NCBI GenBank assembly: GCA_040081625.1
Contig: JBEBGD010000014.1
Coordinates: 1 to 64,000, forward strand
Direction: 5' to 3'
From: Chthoniobacteraceae bacterium
Lineage (GTDB): Bacteria > Verrucomicrobiota > Verrucomicrobiia > Chthoniobacterales > Chthoniobacteraceae
DNA length: 64,000 nt
The stretch's first letter is position 1. The DNA itself is not shown here. Below are more notes on the stretch, generated by a model. It was not told the origin of the DNA. It saw nothing but the letters and a program-made list of their open reading frames with translations, and made no database searches.

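Overview
The window has three parts. (1) ~1-14370: a visibly lower-GC integrative element inserted at the 3' end of a tRNA-Glu(TTC) gene (14371-14446, minus). It carries a tyrosine integrase, an excisionase-like HTH gene plus a truncated second one, an XRE repressor, a phage-type replication initiator with an internal iteron-like array, a possible SSB, an HNH protein and diverse cargo. Its left boundary is not visible. (2) ~14500-23000: high-GC core-like genes (waaA/kdtA, rsmD, AsmA-family, diacylglycerol-kinase family, PHP-type metallohydrolase, FG-GAP beta-propeller) with REP-like palindromes. Gene and repeat style suggests a Verrucomicrobia/PVC bacterium (inference). (3) 23101 to beyond 64000: one uninterrupted minus-strand ORF of more than 13,600 codons encoding a giant RTX/PKD-type surface protein whose start lies outside the window. 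Its most striking property is that domains are inserted inside other domains up to three levels deep, which implies a branched rather than linear protein. All family assignments come from motif reading by eye; no searches were run.
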